Positions 13,250 through 28,705 are shown, counted from the first letter of the stretch. The stretch: 64,000 nucleotides of DNA from Octopus vulgaris (GCA_951406725.2 OX597830.1:45384001-45448000), one strand, 5' to 3'. Numbers and translations are program-made. The notes: a model not told the origin generated them from the sequence alone.

Positions 13250-13449
13250 GTTGGTTTCGAATTTTGACACAAGGCCAGTAAGTAGGCAAGTCGATTCGAT
13301 CTACTCCAGTGCTCAACTTATTTTATAGGCTCGGAAAGGATGAGAGGCAAAGTCTTCCTCGGCGGAATTTGATCTCAGAACATAAAGACAGATAAAATCC
13401 TGCTAAGCATTTTGACCAGCGTGCTAATGGTTCTGCCAGCTCGCCGCCC
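13250..13449 (-). mobile_element. SINE family A (alternative 3' tail)
   Basis: Ends ...ttctgccagctcgccgcc; the body matches the 12090 copy. Confidence 0.8.
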
Positions 13450-13619
13450 TACAAATAAAAAATGTTAAAATATAAACAAACTGTTTTGAAGACTCTCTTT
13501 GTAACTATTTTAAGACTGCCTTATCACCGATTCTTTGTGTATCTGCCATACTCTCATATTAATTGCAGACAAATTATTTTTATTCTCTACTTTGGAAAGA
13601 TTAGCTTTTTGATACATAC

Positions 13620-13845
13620 GTACGAGGTGGGTGCTGAAAAATTTCTGGCTTCAAGAGTATTGTGAAAGGCCTGTTTTGGGAGGCTTAACCATCGGAGATC
13701 TTTTACGGGGCTTAGAAAAGCTGAAGGCCCGCTTCAATAAGTGTGTCAGTCTGAGAGGGGAATACGAGGCCTGATCAATAAGTATCCGGACAGTTGCCGT
13801 AGTAACGAAGCTAAAGCACGCAGAGTAAAGCCACGTATGTTATAC
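13620..13845. mobile_element. mariner-like MITE remnants
   Basis: TA-CGAGG termini: tacgaggtgggtgctgaaaaatttctggc and tacgaggcctgatcaataagtatccggac. Confidence 0.55.
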
Positions 13846-13867
13846 ACGTATACTTACATTATATATA

Positions 13868-13934
<67 letters not shown>

Positions 13935-13935
13935 T

Positions 13936-14010
13936 AAAAAGTCCGTTTCCTTGTTTGATTTTATGTTCTCGTCTCTCGTTGTGTTCTACGTTTATTTGTG
14001 GTGTCCTGTA

Positions 14011-14046
<36 letters not shown>

Positions 14047-14867
14047 TGTATATATACATGTAGATGTAAGTATGTACATATATGTATGTATATATGCATA
14101 TATTTTATTTAATTATTATACTGCTATATGACCGAACACACGCGTTATTTCTCTTCTCCAAGTTTTTATTTGAATCATCACGACGCGCACTCTTTGACCT
14201 TTCCTCCCTGTCTGTCTGTCTGTCTTTCTCTCTACTTGTCTCTCTCCTTATTTTTCACCCTTTCTGGTTTCTTTCCCCTCTCTCTCTCTCTCTATCTCCT
14301 CCTTCTCCTCCTCCTCCTGACCAGAGGGTTGCTAAAACTTTCTTTCAGCTTCGTCCTTCAACAAGTATAGATCGACTTCTGTCCTTCGTCTCCGATTTTT
14401 CACATGCGTTCTAACTAATTTTTCCACCGTCCAGGCAAAAAAAGCCTTTATTGTCTGTTCCCTGTACTGTTTCTTTATTTGTACTGTTTTTTCTTCATTT
14501 GTATTGTTTTTTTTTCATTTGTATTGCTTTTACGTCCTGTTTTTGTCACTTGTTTTACCCCTCTGCAAAAGAATTTTATTTAATTCCTTTTGCAGGAAGG
14601 ACTGCTTCGACTGTGTTCTGTCCTTACCTTCGAAACACACTTTGAGTCGAACCAGGGACAGCTGATGAAGGGGAATTTTCCTTGTATTGTTTGTCTTGTA
14701 CTCTGTTTTTTCGTTGTTTAAAAAAAGTCCGTTTCCTTGTTTGATTTTATGTTCTCGTCTCTCGTTGTGTTCTACGTTTATTTGTGGTGTCCTGTACTCA
14801 TATATATATATGCATGTATATATACATGTAGATGTAAGTATGCATATATTTTATTTATTTATTATAT

Positions 14868-14872
<5 letters not shown>
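13936..14872 (+). mobile_element. Non-coding ~0.79 kb-unit element with terminal direct repeats and hammerhead-like core (copy 1)
   Basis: aaaaagtccgtttccttg...cctgtactc...gatgtaagtatg is repeated 786 bp apart (13941 and 14727). The element sits in (TA)n and is homologous in reverse orientation to 41883-44676. Confidence 0.75.
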
Positions 14873-14943
<71 letters not shown>

Positions 14944-15804
14944 GAGAGAGGTGGAGCAGAACAAGGTATTTTCCCAGCTGTGTGACTGAATAAACTAGTT
15001 TGTAATTAAGTCAAAGTGTTAACATCTTCAATTCAGGAGGCATTAAATGGCTAATTAGAAATAATTATGTGAAGAAGGAAAAAAAGTCATCAATGGCTAA
15101 TATTATTTCTCCTGCTTTAAATACAGTCTCCACAGGGTTACAATTTTCCACACATAACGTTGGGAACTAGCTTTATCCGCTCTTGTCCGCGTCTACATAT
15201 ATATAAACACGCATACATACACACACACACACACACACACAAACAGCCACTCTAACCTTTTCCTTAAAAGAGTCGCCCCTATACAATATTTCAGACACAA
15301 AACTGTAGCTTGCAACTTAGAACATACACACATGCATGCATGCATGTATGTATACATACGAGATTTTTAGATAATTATTGGGATTCGTAGAATTATGTCT
15401 TCTACTTCGATCCATTGTTAAGGTTGTTGATAGTGTAACACTGGCGCTGTTCTGTTTATGTTAAAGATTTCAGTAATATCTTCGATTTTTTCTAGTCCAT
15501 CTAAGATCTTCCAAAACATTTAGATTAGCTGAAGAGATCTGATAAAGTTGAAACACTTTCAGGTTGTTCACTGTAATGACAATGATCAGATTCCCTTCTC
15601 ACTAATTCTATATTTTATTTAATTTAAATTAATTTTGATTCCGAGATTGTCTCCTTTGTCTTCTTTGACCAGAATTAGTCATTAAGAGAATGTATTTTAC
15701 ACATCAATATCGATGTAATTTAAAATGAATAATTCTTGGTTCACGACATCAAGTATACCAGTGTCCCTGCACTATTGATTGATTTTATTATTAACTCGGG
15801 TGTT

Positions 15805-16020
15805 AAGGCGGCGAACTGGCAGAATCGTTAGCATGCCGGGCGAAACGCTGAGCAGTATTTCGTCCTTATGTTCTGAGTTCAAATTCCACCGAGGTCCACT
15901 TTACCTTTCATCCTTTCGAGGTCGATGAAATAAGTACCAGCTATGCACTGGGGTAGATGTAATCGACTAGCCCCCTCCTCTGAATTTCAGGCCTTGTGCC
16001 TATAGCAGAAAGGATTATCA
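15805..16020 (+). mobile_element. SINE family A, full-length, alternative tail
   Basis: aaggcggcgaactggcagaatcgttagc...ggccttgtgcctatagcagaaaggattat. Confidence 0.85.
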
Positions 16021-17599
16021 ATACAGGAGTCGTTTTTAGATTTAGCATGAAATCATTGTTACCATACTTAGTTTCCTTTCTCCGCTTTTCAGATCCTGTA
16101 TTAACCCAAGCCAAACCCTCTTTGCTCAGGCTTTCAGTCACCTGTATCAGAATTGCAATGCAAAAAGAAAATCAATGGAACTATCAACTCAGTCGTGTGA
16201 CTATTAAATTATTAAGTTTTACAAATCTGTCTTTGTCATAAGAAAATACAAGACCAGCTATTTCATTACAAATTTATTCTCATGGAATATTTAAACTGGT
16301 TGGCTAGATATTCCATTAGGATAAGATTTGCAACGAAACAACAGACCTGTAACATTATTTATAAAGATTGTTATATTTTAACACAGACTCGAAAATAATC
16401 ACAACAGTCACGTTTTTGAACAAGTCTTCCCAATTTTTATGCTTTGCGAGAGTTCCTTCGTTGTAGTGTTTGCCTTATTTTAGTTCTGTAGTAACTGGTC
16501 CGAAACTTAAGGGAATACAGTGTAGGATTAGGTCAATGCAGAATTTTTAGATTAAAACGGTGTGTTGTCGTTTCGACTGAGCAGGACAACGGAAAAAGAG
16601 TTTGGCTGTGAGTTCAAACGTACAAAACATGACCGAATTTCTAATGAGTTGCTATAGTGAATGCTGGTATTGAATGTTGCGCGTGAAGGCAAGTGAATGT
16701 AGAATGCTAGAGAGGTAATATACCTGAGTTAGATTATCAACACAATGGGAAAATAGCAAAGTTCATGAATTCTTACCAGAAATGAAATCCGCTTTTCCTC
16801 AACTAAACAAGGATTCAACATAATTGAATAATTTGGTCGTTGGTGGAGCTCATAGAGAAAGAGACAGGTAAACAAATTCTCTGCAAGCTGGGACTGCGAC
16901 ATGATATTTCACATTCGAAGCGATTTTATTTCCGTTACTTTGCTAATATTCTTTGCAGCTATATAAATATATTATACCCTTGTCACTTCTTTTACACTGC
17001 TAAACTTCTCGGATGCTATTTGAACTCACAACTCCCCATTGTTAGCTTTAGTATGCTACTATTGTTTTTGACAGCAGTACGATTCACAGCTACATAGTTT
17101 GACTTACTTAAAATATATGGTCGGTGCACCAAGTGAAAGAAAAATCGTTACTGTACTCAAATTAGGTTCGAAGATAATCTTGAAGGGAAAATATTGATTT
17201 CTTTCTCAGAGTTGATGATCGGTGTGGTCAGGGAAGCGAAAGTTCTAATGTTCATACATATTCTTAGTCGCAATTTGCAACTGGATTCTAGAAGGATTCC
17301 CAAATTATTGTCTAGGAAAACAGTCTACACTGTTGCTGCAATTACGCCCATAATAATTTTCATCCGTTGGTCAATAACCATCTTTAGATTCTATTAATTT
17401 TATAATATAGATGTACAAGATAAAACAATTCTAAAAGCATTAAATGGGTACCCACGTAGCTGCTCTAGCATGGCCGCATTCCAATGATTGAAACCATGGG
17501 TCCTTAACTACTTCAATGAGTTGTGGGGTCACCAATTTTTGCATATGGCGAATCTTGAGCAATCCAGGCAGTGAGCATTCCTTTCCAGGCCTGAGCACA

Positions 17600-19480
17600 G
17601 TCGAATCCTTCCAGAAAGATCTGGTACTTTATTTACTGATACACACACATACGCACAGACATCCCCACCACACATACAAAAGGATGAGACAGGGCTGACT
17701 TAACAGCATTAACCACGGTATCCAATTTACAATGGAATGCAGCCACAAACAGCTACCCTTCCTGGACATTTTAATCATAAAAAGTGACCCTAAAATTGAA
17801 ACCAACATCTGCTTTAAACCAACGGACTCGAAACAATATCTTCTATTCTCTTCCTGCCACCCAAAACATACTAAAATCAATATACCTTTCAACTTGGCAA
17901 GAAGAATTTGCACGACTCCAACAACTTAAAAACACATAACTAGAAAGAAAATACCCGGTTAGTTCAATCAAAAACAGAATAGAGTGTGCAAAAACGATAG
18001 ACATCCAAGAGTTACGAAAAACAAGAGAACACCATGACACACTTAAAACTGTCTAACATATCAACACACAATCCGAGAAACATGGAAGCATTCATCATCC
18101 ATCAAAACATACCCCTCCTTATGAACGACCTGCGAGTGAAAACAGCTCTGGAAACACATAGAATTATTAAAAGCAAGAGATAAACGCAATCCCTAAATAG
18201 GTTACTTACCAGCACCAAATTACCCACCAAAAATACAACCCCACTAGTCAAAAAATGCAACCGCCCTAACTGCGGGACTTGCATCTACCACTTGGAAGGC
18301 TCAACATAAACTTAAGCCAGGTCAAACTTTCACCATAAAAAAAAGTCACTTCCCCTGTGCGTCGAAGAACTTAATTTATGTCTTCAAATATGGTGGGTAT
18401 GATGGAGACGACACAGATCAAACTAATTTGACTTTGAGTGACAGACTGATAGTACACGGGCAACAAATCCGGGACCCCACAACCAGGAAAATTCCCGTAA
18501 GCAAACACCTAGGTCAATGCCCGAAACATACACACATTCATGTGTGTGTGTGTAATGTGTGTGAGAGAGGGAGAGAGAGGGGGTTGCCAAGGATTCTGAC
18601 ATAAACCCGAAACACCAGATCTCCCCTTTCTATCAATGCACTGGAAACATTTAAACCCAATTCCGACTGGATAAGGTAAACATGCTCATTAAAAAATATA
18701 AACCGCAACTAAATATCCTTTAATAACACACTAGAAAGAAGAAAACTCAATTTCTCCACAAAAAAAATTAACCAGATACAACAGACATAATTCGAAAACT
18801 TTTGTAGCAGGCTCCCTCCTGAGTTTCGAAACCCCAACTCCAAATCACTGTATAACAAGACCATACACCTTCTCAAACACCAGTTGCTGACGTCACTTCT
18901 CACTAGACCAATGAAATTTTAGCTCCGATCAGAACCGTGCCGTCAGAAGAAATCAAAACTGACTCCTTAAGAGAATAAACCAGCCGGAACGGTTGATGAC
19001 CATTAGGCAAACACTAATGACCGAGTCTACACACGGAAGTCAACCAAGCAGAACACCAAACTTGACCAGCACAAAAACAGGTTCTTTATCAAAATAAAAT
19101 GACGTCACGAAACCCACTACCAATCAAAACTTGTTCCTATGTACAAGAAACCCAACCAACCAACAACAAAAAATGCCAAAACAAAATCTATTTGTTGACC
19201 AAAAACATCCACCAGAAAGATTAAGACATCAACAAAATTACAATGAATCTAAAATTAGATCCTTCGAGTAAAAACATATATATATACGCAAGATATTCTC
19301 TGATTCCCCCAAAACTCCGTTAAAAGTGAAAAGACCAAGGCTGTAAGACGACAAAAACTGTAAAAAAAAACAGTTTTCTCTCTTTCTTTTTTCTATAGAA
19401 ACTGAATATGACCGAACCTTTAGCACTGTACATTTATTATAGTCTTCGCTAAACATTTACTTTAATATTATATATCCCTG
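17600..19480 (+). mobile_element. Penelope-like element (RT C-terminus, GIY-YIG endonuclease, 3' region), pseudogenised
   Basis: Encodes IQFTMECSHKQLPFLDILI...FKPTDSKQYLLFSSCHPKHTKINIPFNLARRICT, KCNRPNCGTC and CASKNLIYV. Confidence 0.85.
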
Positions 19481-20246
19481 TCATTGAATTTTAGGTGAAC
19501 ATTTGATCGTTTAAGCAAGTTTGTACAATTTCTACTTCGTAACTTGAAAATCTATTAAAATCCCATTGTTTTGTATACATTTCTACCATTGATAAACAAA
19601 AAAATAGTGAAACTGGTTTGGTATGTGTGTGAATAAATCTATTTAAAAACAACTAGATGCTTTTCAAATTCATGTGCATTTTCAAAAACAAATTCTCTTG
19701 TATACACACACATGTATGTATGTATGTATGTATGTATGTATGTATGTATGTATGTATGTATGTATGTATGTATGTATGTATGTATGTATGTATGTATGTA
19801 TGTATGCATGCATGCATGTATGTATGTACACTTTGTATGCTGTTTAAAGCCTGTTCACAGAATTCAGCTACCTGATGTCATCAACAATAGCGAGGTATAT
19901 GCTGCTGGATTTATTCCAAGAATTCCTTCACGTCAGACAAGAAACACGCTACAACTTCAAAAAATGTATTCGAACAGAAATAAGCGAAACTACTTTAATC
20001 GTCCTGGCGCTCTGAGTTCGAAATATGCCGGAGTCAGTTCTATCTTTCATCTTTTCGGGATGGGAGGGTGTCTATAATTAAAATACCAGTTCTATACTGA
20101 GGTTGGTGCATTTCTTTCTGAAAGACATCCGCACATATGATGCACCACAACTGTTTGTAGAGCATGTTTGTAGGCACCGACGCACGCTGGGTCGAAACGA
20201 TCGTATTTAATAATAAAGAATCTCGTGAATTCCATTTTTTCTCTCA

Positions 20247-20300
<54 letters not shown>

Positions 20301-20827
20301 ACACACGCCGCATAGAATCCCAAATCTAAATCCTACTTCTGACTTCCCAACGCGAATTATTTCTGAAACTTCAATGCAATGTTCCTACCGCCAGACTGTT
20401 CGTTTCTCATTTAGCAATTACGTTAACTTACAACAACATTCCAGAATTATCTAGAGTAAAATACGTGAGTCATGAGTCAGAAAAAAAAACCGTAATATGG
20501 TCTCGTTCGGTCAGACTTACTTTATTCTTCTTTTGACTCTAAACGTTTATCATTTTCATAGCATAGTGTCACTAAAACTGTGCACAAAGCCCCCGAAATG
20601 GCAGGATATATTGGTGTTTATTTGTCATGTTTACATTATTGTCGCGTCACGAATTGTCTTGGTGCCAGGTTAAAATAGGGGAGTGGAAGCAATTGTAGCA
20701 TCAGACGGATGGCGGAGGGGGTAACAGGCATTTGAGTTGGGGAGGGAATTAGTACTGTAACAGAGTTGGAATTGTTGGCAATCAAGTTACACAAGCTGTA
20801 ATTAAATAACGTCACGAATGCGCCCGT

Positions 20828-20859
<32 letters not shown>

Positions 20860-21107
20860 GTATACAAAAGGTTAGCTGAATTTATCTTGGACTTGTGTAT
20901 CATCTATGAATGTGTCAATAAATATATATGTTTCAATATGCTTAGATCGAAGGACAGACAGACAGACAGAGACAGAAGCGAAAGTGCAAAGACGACAAAC
21001 TCCAAGGTAGCGTAATCCAAGAGTGGAATAGAAAAACCCTTGAATCAGGAACTTCAAATCAGTCGGAAGGACGTACATACGCGCATGCGCGTGTCTATCT
21101 ATACATC

Positions 21108-21528
21108 TTTTATTTCTTTCAGTCATTAGACTGCAGCCATGTTGGGGCACCGCCTTGAAGAATTTTTAGTCGAATGGATCGACCCCTACCGTAAAAACTA
21201 TGGGGATGTAAACACACCGACACCAACTTTTTGAAGTGGTGGTGTGATGGGAAAGAAACACAAAGGCACACACACATACACACTCATACATACACTCATA
21301 CATACATACATACATACATACATACATACATACATACATACATACATACATACATACATACACTCACACCAGACGTCTTTCAGTTTCCGTGTACCAAATC
21401 CACTCACAGTGCTTTGGTCGATCCAAGACTATAATAGAAGATATCAGTCTAAGGTGCCACACAGTGGGACTGAACCCAGAAACGTAGTTGGGAAGCAAAT
21501 TTCATACCAGACAGTCACGTCTGCGCCT
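21108..21528 (-). mobile_element. SINE family B with internal (CATA)n
   Basis: Tail cagtcattagactgcagccatgttggggcaccgcc and head gggactgaaccc. Confidence 0.8.
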
Positions 21529-21542
21529 GTGTGCGTGTGTAT

Positions 21543-22515
21543 ATCATCATCATTTAATGCCGTTGTTCATGCTGGCATGAGTTGGACGGTTTGACCGGAG
21601 CTGGCAAGCTGGAAGGTTGCACCAGATTTGGCATGGTTTTCTATGACTGGATGCCCTTCATAACGCCAACCACTTTGAGAGTATAATGGGTGCTTTTACG
21701 TGCCACCGGCACGGGTGTCATTTGCGCGACCCCGGTATCTGCCATGACTGCGATTTTGCTTGGCTTGATAGGTCTTCTCAAGCACAACACAATGCCAAAG
21801 GTCTCAGTCATTGCCTCTGTGAGGCCCAACGCTCGAAAGATACTTTTTAAATGTCACCGGCACGGGTGCTAGTTACATGACACCAGCCTCAGCCACGAAT
21901 ACGATTTCACTTGGCTTGGTGGGTTTTCTCAAGCACAGCATATCGCCAATGGTCTTGGTCACTAGTCATCACCTCTGTGAGGCCCAAAGTTCAAAGGTCA
22001 TGCTAGGTCTACATCTACCACAGTTAGAGATCGGCATTTCTTTACACAGTTGTCCTCGTCCATATGCATCACATGACCATACAAGCACAGTCGTCTCTCT
22101 TCGTGCCACATCTGATTCCTCTTACGCCTAACTTTTCTCTCAAGATGCTTACACTCTGTCGAACACGCACACCCAGCGAAACCTGCTGGCTTCATGTCTT
22201 TCAAGCCTACGCATGTCCTCGTCTATCACAGCCCATGTTTAACTGCCATGTAGCATAGCTGTTAGCACACAGGCATCATACAGTCTGCCTTTCTCTCTGA
22301 AGGAGAGGCCCTTTGTTGCCAGCAGAAGTAGGAGCTCTCTGAACTTTGCTCAGCTTATTCTTATAGCTACGCTCTCGGAGCATCCACCTCCGCCACTAAC
22401 TTGATCACCTCGATAATGGGAGTTATCTACTACCTCTAGCGTACCCTGCTGACAGTTGGAGTCTATTCTTGATACATTTTCGGTCTTTATTGCACCTGTG
22501 CATCTTCTACATATT
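21543..22515 (-). mobile_element. RTE-clade LINE 3' end (ORF C-terminus, 3' UTR, (GAT)n tail)
   Basis: Encodes HEERRLCLYGHVMHMDEDNCVKKC. The UTR is shared with 59660-60055 and 56745-56842. Confidence 0.75.
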
Positions 22516-22523
22516 TTTCCTCA

Positions 22524-22731
22524 CTCATTTACTTGTTTCAGTCATTTGACTGTGGCCATACTGGAGCACCGCCTTTAGTCGAGCAAATCGACCCTAGGAC
22601 TTATTCTTTGTAAGCCTAGTGCTTATTCTATCGGTTTCTTTTGCCGAACCGCTACGTTACGGGGAAGTAAACACACCAGCATCGGTTATCAAGCGATGTA
22701 GGGGGACAAACACAGACACACAAACATACAT

Positions 22732-22783
<52 letters not shown>

Positions 22784-22938
22784 CGGGCTTCTTTCAGTTT
22801 CCGTCTACCAAATCCACTCACAAGACTTTGGTCGGCCCGAGGCTATAGTAGAAGACACTTGCCCAAGGTGCCACGTAGTGGGACTGAACCCAGAACCATG
22901 TCGTTGCTAAGCAAGCTATTTACTACACAGCCACTCCT
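22524..22938 (-). mobile_element. SINE family B, near full-length, inserted in the RTE fragment
   Basis: Head aggagtggctgtgtagtaa...gggttcagtccc, internal (TA)/(TG)n, tail ggcggtgctccagtatggccacagtcaaatgactgaaacaag. Confidence 0.9.
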
Positions 22939-25900
22939 ATTAACCTTCCTCTGATATTGCTGACATTTCTACAGACCACCAACGATTTGAAATTCAAGTC
23001 TGTAATACAGAGGAAAAACAATGTGAGTTTTCTGTGGCCTTTCTTCTTCTTTTACAAAAAGAATGTAATAATTGCAATTCTGGTTTGTGCATAGATTACA
23101 GAGACGAACTCGGAGACGACGCAAAGGTGGAAGGGAAACAATGAACCTTAGAAAGGGAATATTTAACGTTTAATTTATTACTTTACTTCTAGTCAAAAGA
23201 TGCCGTCACTCAGCAGCTTCTGGTGGGTGAGTATAAACTGACATTGGAGACATCAGTAGGTGAGTGTTAAGTGTTATCTTCGTAAAATAAATCTTGTTGT
23301 GAAACCTAGCACAACTTGATGGGCCAGAGGTCATTGCAGAAATAGACAAAAATGTGTTTAAAAGAAAGTAGTATTACATTTGTCATTAGAGAGAAGTGGA
23401 TGTCCGATACGCTGGAAATTGTCTTCTTTTTTTTAATGAGATGCAAAAAAAGGGAGTTAAGTGATCAAACAGATGCTACTTTTACACAGTGGTTTATTAC
23501 CCATATTTTCCTATACAACCCGATCTGCGTTTGCCTTCTTTTAGATATTAGCGTAGAATAGTGAGAATTACTAAAGAAAGCAACGTCTTACATAAAGAAC
23601 TTATAGTGGACCTTGGTACATCCTCAGCTAGGTTTCTGCTCACTGATGACACGAGGTTCTGCACAAAGACTTTTTTGCAAATGTTTAAATTGTAATTATT
23701 CTATCCGGCTTAAATATCATATTACTAAAAACAATGCCGACTCTTCTAAATACCCAGTACACCCCATAACAGACCTTGATATTTACCGTCCCCTTGTGAG
23801 CTTTCAAAGTTCACAGTGATGGGTGGGGAATGCGCTACCACCAACGTTAAAATCAATTGATTGCGAGTACGTCTTACATAGCACCGCTATGTACTGTTTG
23901 TTATACATGGGCAGCACACCGTATACCTCAATTGGTTGGACACCGTCAGGGTACAGTTAATCACCAAGACGACTTTTTGACCCAGTGAGTTTATATACAA
24001 CAGAGTGGAATGCAGGAGTATCTGCCGAGGGCCAAACCAAACAGGAAATGTTATGTATGTATGTCTGTGTGTGAATGTATGTACGTGTGTATGTATACAT
24101 ATATGAAGGCTTGTATGTATGAATGTATTCATGTGAATGTGTGTATGTATGCATACATGCATGTATGTATACATATATACATGTATGTATATATGTATGT
24201 ATGTGAATGTATTATATATGTATGAATGTATGCATATATATATGTATTATGTATGTATTTGAATGTATGTATGTATGCATGAATTCATGTATGCGTGTAT
24301 GTATGTTTATGTTTACCAAGGTATAAAAAGGGTGTTGTGACAAAAAAGAAGGGTAATTTAATAATTCAATAGAGATGAATGAAGCAGATAGCAGATTGAA
24401 ATAAGTTCTTCATTTGGTGCTCCTGCTTCCCCCACCCCGAACCAGTAAAAGAATAATGCGTCCAGATTTGCATTATCCAATAAATTCGTTCTTTTTTTTA
24501 TTTTTAAGATAGCAGTCTGTGACTTGATGGAAATTTGGTTGTTATTTCGACCGTAGGACCACTTCTTTCGCTCGTTGGCGTGCAGGAGTATTTTTGGTTG
24601 GTATTTATTTGGTTTCATCTTTTCTTTACAATAAACATTTTGTTATCAGAAACTAATCGGAGAAATTGTTAAAACCATTAGCAATCATGTGGGAATTACG
24701 ATACTCTATATAAGCTATAACAAGCAAAACTTGCCCAACAATTAAAAATAAACATTCGTACTTTCTCCTTGAAATTGAGCGTGTTTATGTAAACCAATCT
24801 TTTAAAATCTGAATACAACACGATGTAGGTATATTATATAAGAAGTCCTTAATACAAATTCTTGATATCAAATTTGATATCCGATAACATATGACGGAGA
24901 GCTCAAAGTATTTCTCCTCAAATGCTGCATTGTGTCGAACAAAAATAATTAGCTAAATTCTTCACAATTTCCCATTCTGTTTGCATTTCCTTATTCATGG
25001 AAAGTTGTTGTGTTTTTTAATACTTTTGCTACTTTTATTACTTTAAAAATTAATGCATTCTTACTTCCGCTTTGAGAGTAAGAAGGTGTCGGTGGTGGCG
25101 GTTTTGATGGCGGCAGCGATAATCAAAGCATTGATAAAGGACACTGCTGCAGCTGTTGCTACTATGATGATAATGATGATGATGATGGCGGCAGGAGCCA
25201 TCATTTTTTTTTTCTTTTCTCTTCTTTCGAGCAAAATAAGGTCAAGTAGGACTCTATTCCTAATTAGGCTTTGACATCGAATGCTGACTCTGTCTAAGTA
25301 ATTAGGATATACGAGAGTTAATTAATTCATTCATTCATTTATTTATTTATTTGGTTCTGTTATTGTTGCATATTCGCATTAAAAGGGTTTTGAAAAATCT
25401 CCCTCTTCCTTAAATGTAATCAACACAGTTTATTATTGATGTTGGAAGGCGAGTGAGTAGGCAGAATCAGTAGAGCGACAAATAAAATACGTTGTGAGTT
25501 ACATCACTTTGACTTCTGAGTTCAAATCCCGCCACGTTCAGATTTTGCTTTTTATCCTTCCAAGATCATTAAAATAATTCAGCAGTCGAGGACTGGAGAT
25601 GACTCATGTCTCCTCAAGAAAATTACTGACCTTGTGTTAGGGCAACATTAGTGATTAGTTGAGGGTCAGACTTCATTGAGCAGGCACTCCAGCCATGACC
25701 ATTACGTCATATTCCCAGGCTGGAGTGTATTATTCAATGTGTCCACCTTTTTAATCATTAAAGTGCAGTTTAAGGAATATTTTATTGTTGTTTCCAGCAG
25801 GTCGAGTTACCACACAGAGAACCTCCTCTCCTACACTTTAACTCGTGTTAAATCATAAAAGAATATTTTGTTAAAATTATGCAACATTTCTCTGCTTCCT

Positions 25901-26763
25901 AAATCACCTGAAAACATTAGCTTCAGGTGATACTTAAACAGTACCATCTACTAATAAAGCAATTAAATAAACCGTTCGGGGCATATTGCCAGAACAACAA
26001 ATGAAATCAGTTAAGATAAAATGGAGTGGCACTTTTATTTTTCTTAAAATTAAGTAAATATCAACTTCATATCCCAAAATCTCCGGGTCATTTCTAGCGT
26101 TTATAAGTGGGGGTACTACAGAAAATGAGAAGTAGAGGTGAAAAGGGCAGGAAAGAAAGAAGGAAGAAGTGAAGAAATAAACGAGACATAGTAAGCAGCG
26201 ATTTGTAAATGGGAAGAAGAAGAAAGCTGAGTCTGCATGTCTAAACAAGTGCTTTTTGTTCGCAGCAATTCTGTATGTTGTAGAAATTAGCTGTTAACTT
26301 CCGTCGAGAGAGAGAGAGAACAGCGTATTTCATTAGTAACGGAACACGTTGAGAATCTCAAGAAACAGGATATACCAACATTTGGTGCTTTTTATATACA
26401 TTGAAGACACAGGCACTGCAGAAGTGTTCAGGTACACTTGGAATCTCAGAATGGTAAACGTGGACACTGCTTTCAAAAGAAATTTAGGAGAATTCCGTCC
26501 ACCTCCATCTACCTTTACATCCAACTAACAACCTATCTATCTGCAGGTTTAATTGCTTCTCTTGTTTACTATTAATCTAATTAACTATATTTATATTTTT
26601 ATCTACCTGCCTCTATCTCTATCATTCTGTCTTTACGTGCCTATCTATTCTTCTATCAAATCAGTTATCTGTCAATATATTAATATATTATCTATCTCTA
26701 TCTCCCCCTATCTCAGTCCCTTCTCTATATCTCTCGATTTATCCTGCCTCTCTTATTCTCTCT

Positions 26764-26848
<85 letters not shown>

Positions 26849-28629
26849 CGCTTTATTCCGCTTTTCTCTTTCTATCTTTTTATTTATCTGTCTATGAAGC
26901 TATGATTCAGAATAAATTTCATGTTATCTTATGTCTGATGACATCAGACAATAGGTACATACAAATTAATGCTCGGGTTAACTTTCTGCTTAAAAAGAAT
27001 GTTGAATCTGCTGGGGACAAACTTACAAAACACTAAGTTTTTTTTTGTGGGGTGATCTTGTAGTCACTTTACTTGGGCTGAATTCACTCTACATTGTGAA
27101 TATGACAACAGTTTTTAAAAGATCTAACCAACCGATACTAGTTTTAAATTTTACTGGTTTTAGATCATGATCAACACTGGTACAAGAAGCATTCTTCTCA
27201 AGTTGCTTGTCAGTAGATTTAGACTTCACAAATACTTTGTCCACTAAATGAGAAGCAAGAAAAATCCAACTTAAACTGCATCCTAAACTGCATAGATGTT
27301 ATAGCTGCCTAATGAAAATTGACAAAAGGCAAAGTTTTAATCGAGTTATGTGTTTAATAGAATCAAGGTAGAGACAGGTAAATAACTGGTATCAGGTCAG
27401 ATTATGATCATTCAGTATACCTATAAGTTTGTCCACACAGTTTATTCAGGAAAAAAATATTCCAAGTTCCCCTCTCGTTTTTAGATGACATTTCAATCTG
27501 AATAGGTAACATCAGCACTGCAAAATTAATAAATGAATTTACCAGCGTGTATTTTAAAGTTCAACTCCATTTTACCGGTCTAAATAGGGAACTAATGTTC
27601 AACCCAAAACAAGAATTCTCCGCCACCTTTTATCTTTGCAGGAGAACTTTGGATTTGATCCAAGACTTTCTATGATAACTATTCCCCACACATGATGGCT
27701 TACGATAACACACTACACGGAAAAAGTAGCATCTAACTTCATTTCTCTTCTGTGATCAATAAAAACTAGAATTGATGACCGACGACTGTAGAAAGAGTTA
27801 CAGGCATGCTCTGATTCCTTCACCAAAATTTACTATCTGAATTCCATAAATTACTACTTTCATTATCACCACGACTGCGATCACCACCATTACCAGGATC
27901 CCTTACTATCGCAGCAATCAGTACCACTACGGAATATCAACTATTGAGTTCACAATATTTTATGAAAGTGAATAGATGGGGATTGTAATAGTATTTAGTT
28001 TCCATCGTCGTCATCCTCATCGTCCTCGTCGGTGGTGATGAGCTTGATCGGACGACCTAAATTCGTTCTATACAGTTACTATTAGTGACGGTAGTCAACT
28101 GAAGCTCAGTAATTAAAGTCGTAAACTATTTACGCTTCAACTGTGGAAGCCCAAGAAGTGATTCACAGCCTGATAAGATTCCAATGACTAACATGAGGCG
28201 GAGATCAATAGAAACGATAAGGGCGTATCGAGGCAATATTTGACATTTATACAAGTTAAATGGTGATGAACTGCATGCCGGACGTCAAAATTTCTTAATT
28301 AATTGAAATTTCCCCTTATATTCAGATAGAACCAATCACCTACATAACTGTTTTTGTGTTTAGTAGTGGGACATCATATTTCCTGACTGACAGCTGCTGG
28401 AATACAGTGACGAGTTCCCAGACCAGCTGCCATCATGTTTCCATTTTTGGTTGGAGGCTTGTCATTTCACTTTTATCGTTAATATCCATGAGATGCGACA
28501 ACAATAAATTTAAAACATTCCAAATTATTTTGCCTCCTAAATATAGTGTTATACCTATTTAAGAAATTGGTACTGCTAGCTTGGTTGGATTTAAATAGCT
28601 TTTAAAAGGTCGTGGACATTTAATTTAAT

Positions 28630-28705
<76 letters not shown>

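Noticed and set aside
26960-27730. Possible decayed DNA transposon
   Set aside because: The termini look TE-like, but no motif could be read confidently.
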